Shown here: positions 59,054 through 64,000 of the stretch, in pieces | How the letters are laid out: every line of letters begins with the position of its first letter | How positions within the stretch are numbered: position 1 is the first letter of the stretch | Source: an uncultured Acidobacteriota bacterium | GTDB taxonomy: Bacteria; Acidobacteriota; Blastocatellia; RBC074 | NCBI GenBank assembly: GCA_963800895.1 | Contig: CAWDDA010000022.1 | Span: 9,243-73,242, forward strand | DNA: 64,000 nucleotides | Reading direction: 5' to 3' | Program-made: the position numbers and the translations under genes | Notes under the pieces: model-generated | The model's input: only the letters and a program-made list of their open reading frames with translations | Databases searched by the model: none | Told to the model about the DNA's origin: nothing

Positions 59054-60733
59054 GTGGAACTGTTGGATACTCTTTCCGGGTTTACTGAATCAGAACGCCA
59101 GACGGGGGCGCGGCTGTTGCGGCTTGCAACCGAGATTGACCGAATCGAGGGCTACATCGAGCCTCATGCTGTCGCGGTAACGAGTCTCGCCACCAGAATA
59201 GCCGAGCGTATGGGTTTGCACGGAGCGGACCTGCAGGCTCTCAAGTTCGCGTCTCTCGTTCATGATGTTGGCGAGCGAGCGCTCAAGCGTCAATACCTTC
59301 TTCGGCGAGCACCGCTAACACTTGAGGACCGCGTAGACCTCGCACGCCACCCGATCCTCGGCGAACAGGCAGCTTCGGAGTTTCGACTTCCTCGGAAGAG
59401 TCAGCTGCTTATTCGTTGGCATCACGAGTGGTGGAATGGAAAGGGCTATCCAGACGCGCTCGCGGGCGAGCAGATTCCGCTTGGCGCGAGAATACTTCGA
59501 GTCGCTGATACCTGGACAGCGCTGGTCTCTGATCGTCCATTCCGGCCAAGCCTGAGTCATGTACAGGCACGTCGATCATTGAGGACTTTTGCCGGACTCG
59601 AGTGCGATCCCGAGGTTGTGAGAGTTCTGCTGGAAATCCTTGAGGAGGACGATCCCGAGCGCCCGTCAGTTGTTTCGAGTTGGCAGGATAATGGTGAAGA
59701 GACCTTTCCATTCAACCCGTTTCTTCTCAATCAGGTGGCCGTTGATACGCTTCACGATTCAGGAGCAATACCGCGAGATCACTCGCCCGCTTCACCCTCA
59801 ACGAGCTTTCTGACACCCAGAGCGCGCTGCTGGATAGGATTTGAATTGAGCGTCCTCAGGCGAATAAAGTTCGATTCGATTGCCATTCCCTTTTCGGGTC
59901 GTCCCGATCTCGAGTGGCACCTGAATTTCTGGGGAAAACAGATTGTGACGAACGACATCTGCCGCTGGGCATGGTTTGAGGCCCGCGCACTATTTGAAGG
60001 TAGTGCGCCGCGTATTGACCTCACAAACCTGCTTCAAAGCGTAGACGATCCCGGTCTTTATCTGCATAACCCCGCGTTGCGCAACTGGATGAATTTAAGC
60101 GACGCGCGATGGTTCGACCGGCTCTGGCAGAATATTCAACAGATCGAAACTCAATCGCTGCGTCTGAGCGCCATGAAGACTGGCCTCGAGCTTGGTGATT
60201 ACGTCTTTTCGTTCAAGACCCGGACCGAGGGTCTGCGACGTCCACTCTCCGAGGTATTTGAAGAGCTTTGGCTGAGTGAGAAGCCGTGGCTCGACAAAGG
60301 ACGGCGGCATTATGCGGGTAACCATGATGCTCACGATTTTGTGAAGGAAGTACAGGCTGACCTCTGTTTTATCCGGCTGCCTGGCCCTGAAGGTCTTCGG
60401 TTTTCGCTCGACAGAACTGTTTCGGGCTGGAGGGAGACATGGGTTCGCGGCGAAGATGGCTGGCTTGATTCCGTTGTAGAAGCTCGCAAGGGACGACTTG
60501 GAGGCGCGGTACTTTCTAAAGAGCACTACCTCGCACATGTATCAGCCTTTTTGGAGCAGGCGCGGCATATCCCAACCTGGGCGATAGTGCATGTCGATGA
60601 TGGATCGCTCTCGGCCGCTGATCTGGGCGATGTGATCCGGCAGCTCCGTCGCCGGGTTGAAGTAGCCTACTCCAAGGATTTTACGGGAGTTCTTGGCGGC
60701 GGTCAGGCATACATTATTATGGCGAATGCGTAG
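59054..60733 (+). CDS. HD-GYP domain protein with ~350-aa uncharacterised C-terminal domain
   Basis: GTG start 9 nt after GAGG; ...ASLVHDVGE...HPILGEQ...[17 protein letters not shown]...[18 protein letters not shown] (HD-GYP signature). I recognise no motif with confidence in residues ~215-559. Confidence 0.8.
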   Translation: MELLDTLSGFTESERQTGARLLRLATEIDRIEGYIEPHAVAVTSLATRIAERMGLHGADLQALKFASLVHDVGERALKRQYLLRRAPLTLEDRVDLARHPILGEQAASEFRLPRKSQLLIRWHHEWWNGKGYPDALAGEQIPLGARILRVADTWTALVSDRPFRPSLSHVQARRSLRTFAGLECDPEVVRVLLEILEEDDPERPSVVSSWQDNGEETFPFNPFLLNQVAVDTLHDSGAIPRDHSPASPSTSFLTPRARCWIGFELSVLRRIKFDSIAIPFSGRPDLEWHLNFWGKQIVTNDICRWAWFEARALFEGSAPRIDLTNLLQSVDDPGLYLHNPALRNWMNLSDARWFDRLWQNIQQIETQSLRLSAMKTGLELGDYVFSFKTRTEGLRRPLSEVFEELWLSEKPWLDKGRRHYAGNHDAHDFVKEVQADLCFIRLPGPEGLRFSLDRTVSGWRETWVRGEDGWLDSVVEARKGRLGGAVLSKEHYLAHVSAFLEQARHIPTWAIVHVDDGSLSAADLGDVIRQLRRRVEVAYSKDFTGVLGGGQAYIIMANA

Positions 60734-60828
60734 GATCGAGTGCCGGAATTCCGCCTGAAGGCGGTACAACATGCCGCGCCACCGAGGACCGCGATATAAT
60801 TTATGAATAAAATTCTTACGAGGTAATA

Positions 60829-61164
60829 ATGGAAGTTAACGTCCGCGAGAGCGGTCAGGTAACAATCATCGATCTGCATGGAAATCTCACCATTGGCCGC
60901 AGCGAAGAGAGTTTGCGCGAAACGATCACTCGACTCCTCGCTGAGGACCGGAAACTTCTTCTTATCAATTTGGCTGATGTCCCGACAATTGACAGTTCCG
61001 GCATTGGTGCAATGATCAAGTCGTACAACAGCGTCAAAGAAGCGGGAGGCCGGATCAAGCTCATGAATCCTTCGAGAATTGCTCGCCAGTTGCTGTCTAT
61101 CACCGGCCTTCTTTCTGTTCTCGAGACGTTTGACGACGAGGAACAGGCAGTCAAGTCCTTCTGA
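60829..61164 (+). CDS. STAS-domain anti-sigma-factor antagonist (SpoIIAA/RsbV-like)
   Basis: [13 protein letters not shown]...[21 protein letters not shown] (phosphorylatable Ser in the DSSG context)...[22 protein letters not shown]. Confidence 0.85.
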   Translation: MEVNVRESGQVTIIDLHGNLTIGRSEESLRETITRLLAEDRKLLLINLADVPTIDSSGIGAMIKSYNSVKEAGGRIKLMNPSRIARQLLSITGLLSVLETFDDEEQAVKSF

Positions 61165-61181
61165 ACTCACGTCGCCTCCGA

Positions 61182-62862
61182 ATGCAGAAATCAGCTCAGC
61201 TAAAAGTCACGACCCGTTTTGGTGGTGAGCGCGTGATCTCGCTCAGCAAACCGGTCTTTACAATCGGACGAAAAGCAGAGAATGACCTGCAACTGCTGCA
61301 CGACACTGTTTCGAGGCAGCATGCCGAGATCATCTGTGAAGACGATAGCTTCTTCCTGGTTGATGTCGGTAGCAAACGGGGGACATTCGTCAACGGCCAG
61401 AGGATAGAGCGTATTGAGCTTCAACACCTCGACAGGATTCTGGTCGGCGGAGACGAGGACCAGCAGCTTCAGTTCTTTGATGAGAACGTCTCCGAGGCTT
61501 CAGCGATCTTTGACTCTCACTCGAATCTCAATACTCACACAGTCGCTCTCCGACAGAATGCGCCTCGCATCAGCGAATGAAGAGCTTCAGAAGCTATCGC
61601 GCTTTGTCGAAGTCAATCAGGCGTTCAAATTCTCGATGACTCCTGACGATGTTCTATGTCTGATTGTCGATGCGGCCATCGAGATCACGCAGGCGGACCG
61701 CGGCTTTCTCATGCTGCGCAACAATGAAGGAAACCTCGAGTTCAAGGTTGCCCGGGATCGCGACCGAAACTGGCTTGTTGGAAACGAGTTCGAGATGAGC
61801 CGGTCCGTCGTGGAAGAGGCATTCAAGCAGAATCGAAGTATTGTCATCAACAGTCATGTCGATAATGACCCGCGAGAGAGTGTCCGGCATCTCGAACTGA
61901 GATCTATCGCGTGCATTCCACTTCGACGCTTTCAAATGTCGGAGAACATGGACGCGACGACCGTGTTCAAGCGCGATGTGATCGGGGTGCTTTATGTTGA
62001 TAGCCACGTGCTGAGAGGCGCGCTTACAGAGACCTCTCTTCGACTTCTCGAGTCCCTCGCGTTTGAAGCTACCAAATCGCTTGAGAGCGTGCGCCTGATG
62101 CACGAAGAGCAGGAGAAGAAGAACCTCGAGGGCGAACTGGGCACTGCCCGTCAGGTCCAGGTTGCCCTTTCACCTACCAGCTTCAAGCATCCTCAACAGT
62201 TCGAGGTCGCCGCGGCGAGCATTCCATCAAGGCATCTCGGAGGAGATTTCTATGACCTGATTGCATGCGGTGATGGAAGCTCGGTCTTTGTTCTGGGTGA
62301 TGTATCAGGGAAGGGAATTCCAGCAGCTTTGCTGGCAGCGATGTCTCAGGGTGCCCTCCAGGCACAGTTTCTGGGTGGTAGCATGTCGCTCGACGCGATC
62401 ATCTCGAGTCTTAACCGCGTGCTCGTGCAGAAATCCGCGTCGGGCCGCTTTCTGACACTTTTCTGCGCAGTGCTGCACAAGGATGGCACTTTCAACTATA
62501 TCAACGCCGGCCACAACCTTCCCATCGTGGTTCGAAATGACGACCAGATCGAATTTCTGACCACGAAATCGGTGCTCCTCGGCGCCTTTGAATCCGCCAG
62601 ATACGATATGAGGACGACGGTCCTCGAGCCGGGCGATATAGTTGTTATGTATACCGATGGCGTAACTGAGGCAATGAACGCTGCTAACGAGATGTTTGGA
62701 GATGAGCGGCTCGAGCGTTTGATCGTCAGCGTTCGTGACTTGAGCGCAGAGCAGATTCAGAACCGGATCCTTGAAGAAGTTGTCACCTTCACCGGTGACT
62801 TGCCGCAGAGCGATGACATTACGCTTCTGACGTTGAAGATGCGGCCTCCCCGGATCGCGTGA
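61182..62862 (+). pseudogene. FHA-GAF-PP2C (SpoIIE/RsbU-like) phosphatase, one +1 frame break near 61550
   Basis: FHA: [25 protein letters not shown]...[13 protein letters not shown]. After the break comes GAF ([25 protein letters not shown]...IACIPL...GVLYVD), then PP2C (GGDFYDL...[17 protein letters not shown]...YINAGHN...MYTDGVTEA...DDITLL). Confidence 0.85.
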
Positions 62863-63688
62863 GCAGGACGCCACCGATGATCATCACTGCACCAGCCGCC
62901 TGCCACCACGTCGGACGTTCACCGAGCACAGGCCATGCGACTGCAGCCGCAATCAACGGAATGACACTTCCGTAAACCGACGTCTGTACGGCGCCAATCC
63001 TTTGCACTGAGCGGCTGTAGAAAAGGTAAGCAATCGTCATCGAGAACCAGGCTGAAAATAGCAGTCCGAACCAGACGACGCCGCTCAATTCAAAAAGATC
63101 AATGCGCATCAGGTCAGGAGCTGCGATCGCAACAAGACCCGGCGTTCCCGCGATCATCGTGAGAGTGGTCAGGCGCAGCGTCGAAATCCTGCCTGCGAGC
63201 GTCCTCATTCCAAGAACGTAGACTACCCAGCACAGGGCTGACGCCAGCGAGAGAAGATCGCCCAGGATCGTTCGCAGTGAAAACGAAGCTCCGCGCGAGA
63301 CCATGACCACGACAATGCCCAGTGATGCGATTACAATGCCGGCCGCCATGCGTCGCGTGACCCGCTCAATTCCGATGATCGCGCCTGCGAGTGCGACAAA
63401 TGCCGGAGTTGTTGAGAGGATCATTGCGCTGTTGGCTGTGGTCGTGCGGGAAAGACCCTGAACGAAGAGAGCCTGGTAGAGCGTGTGTCCGACGATGCCA
63501 AGCAAAACGAGCCGCCAGAAGGTACCTTTGGGGACCATCAGGCTGCCTTCGCGCCAGCGAAGCAGGGGAACCAGCGTGATCGATGCGATGACAAATCTAA
63601 GGGCGGCGAATGAGAGCGGAGCGATCTCAGCGAGCGATGCTTTGACAAAAGCAAAGTTTGCGCCCCAGATAACGACAACAATCGCCAT
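62819..63688 (-). CDS. EamA/DMT-family transporter
   Basis: Ten predicted TM helices in two EamA halves ([12 protein letters not shown]..., ALCWVVYVL...). The 3' end overlaps the convergent phosphatase gene by 44 nt. Confidence 0.8.
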   Translation of the reverse strand: MAIVVVIWGANFAFVKASLAEIAPLSFAALRFVIASITLVPLLRWREGSLMVPKGTFWRLVLLGIVGHTLYQALFVQGLSRTTTANSAMILSTTPAFVALAGAIIGIERVTRRMAAGIVIASLGIVVVMVSRGASFSLRTILGDLLSLASALCWVVYVLGMRTLAGRISTLRLTTLTMIAGTPGLVAIAAPDLMRIDLFELSGVVWFGLLFSAWFSMTIAYLFYSRSVQRIGAVQTSVYGSVIPLIAAAVAWPVLGERPTWWQAAGAVMIIGGVLLTRSGEAASSTSEA

Positions 63689-63764
63689 CCCTGGATCGAA
63701 TCGAAACCATCGAGATTGGCTACGTATGTTTACTTCCAGTGCGCACGCCCCGAAATTGAAGGTT

Positions 63765-63787
63765 TAGAGTTCAAGCTTTAGCTTGCC
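63765..63787. repeat. Solo left half of the conserved core
   Basis: TAGAGTTCAAGCTTTAGCTTGCC matches GGAGTTCAAGCTTTAGCTTGCT. No complementary right half appears in the following 200 nt. Confidence 0.6.
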
Positions 63788-63845
63788 GGTAGCCCTTCAC
63801 ACGGGAAGTAATGGGAGGGAATCCGAGAATTACCGACAAAGGCCG

Positions 63846-64000
63846 TCATCGATGGTAAGGCCCCTCGATCTGATCTAGAAGTCCGGCGATATCGTCGTAC
63901 TTCAGGCCAGGCCTCAAGCCGAGGTCCCGTGTTCTTACCTTAAACGTGACAGCGGAACTCGCTTCCGCATCGACAAGCAGCCCGCGTCTTAGTGTCTCAT
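63846..64000 (-). CDS. 3' end of an unidentified gene (5' part beyond window)
   Basis: The reverse frame is open from the window edge: ...ETLRRGLLVDAEASSAVTFKVRTRDLGLRPGLKYDDIAGLLDQIEGPYHR-stop (stop 63846-48). It is too short to classify. Confidence 0.25.
   Translation of the reverse strand, partial: ETLRRGLLVDAEASSAVTFKVRTRDLGLRPGLKYDDIAGLLDQIEGPYHR

Overview
The window joins two unrelated blocks. Block A (1 to ~12,556) is GC-rich by eye (mid-60s %) and looks alphaproteobacterial. It holds an ICE/plasmid-type backbone (ParB-like nuclease-domain gene, DUF3768, two small coupled genes), a higBA remnant, and a catabolic/transport cluster: amidohydrolase, alpha/beta hydrolase, SnoaL-like, luciferase-like oxidoreductase, IclR regulator, Tat-signal ABC binding protein and a DppB-like permease. 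Almost every recognisable gene there is broken by frame changes, at least ~24 in 12.5 kb. At ~12,556 the permease stops mid-gene and abuts the middle of a PpiD-like gene. No mobile-element hallmark marks the join. Block B (~12,557 to 64,000) is lower in GC (low-50s % by eye) and looks Acidobacteria-like, which is inference from gene content: a CarboxypepD_reg/TonB receptor, BlaI/BlaR1, and FHA, HEAT and TPR proteins. It carries housekeeping genes (metH, a homocysteine methyltransferase/MTHFR fusion, rluB, ispH, rpsA, sppA, HU/IHF, ppa, sixA, an acyl-CoA carboxylase beta subunit, tRNA-Ser) and several signalling modules, with 11 frame breaks in 51 kb. The most striking signal not explained by genes is a dense family of 120-200 nt hairpin-forming intergenic elements, 11 full copies plus 2 decayed ones, found only in block B. 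Their arms are tandem heptamers that differ between loci but are always complementary within a locus, and many surround a conserved 22-nt core (GGAGTTCAAGCTTTAGCTTGCT). They start at or within a few nt of stop codons, and some end 1-8 nt before the next start codon. I do not recognise them as a named repeat family. Other candidates are a SAM-II-like leader upstream of the methionine genes, an AAA(ChlI-like)/VWA/kinase-BRCT trio, a secreted kinase-like protein in an FHA operon, and an HD-GYP protein with an unassigned C-terminal domain. All domain calls come from motif reading of the translations; no database search was run.
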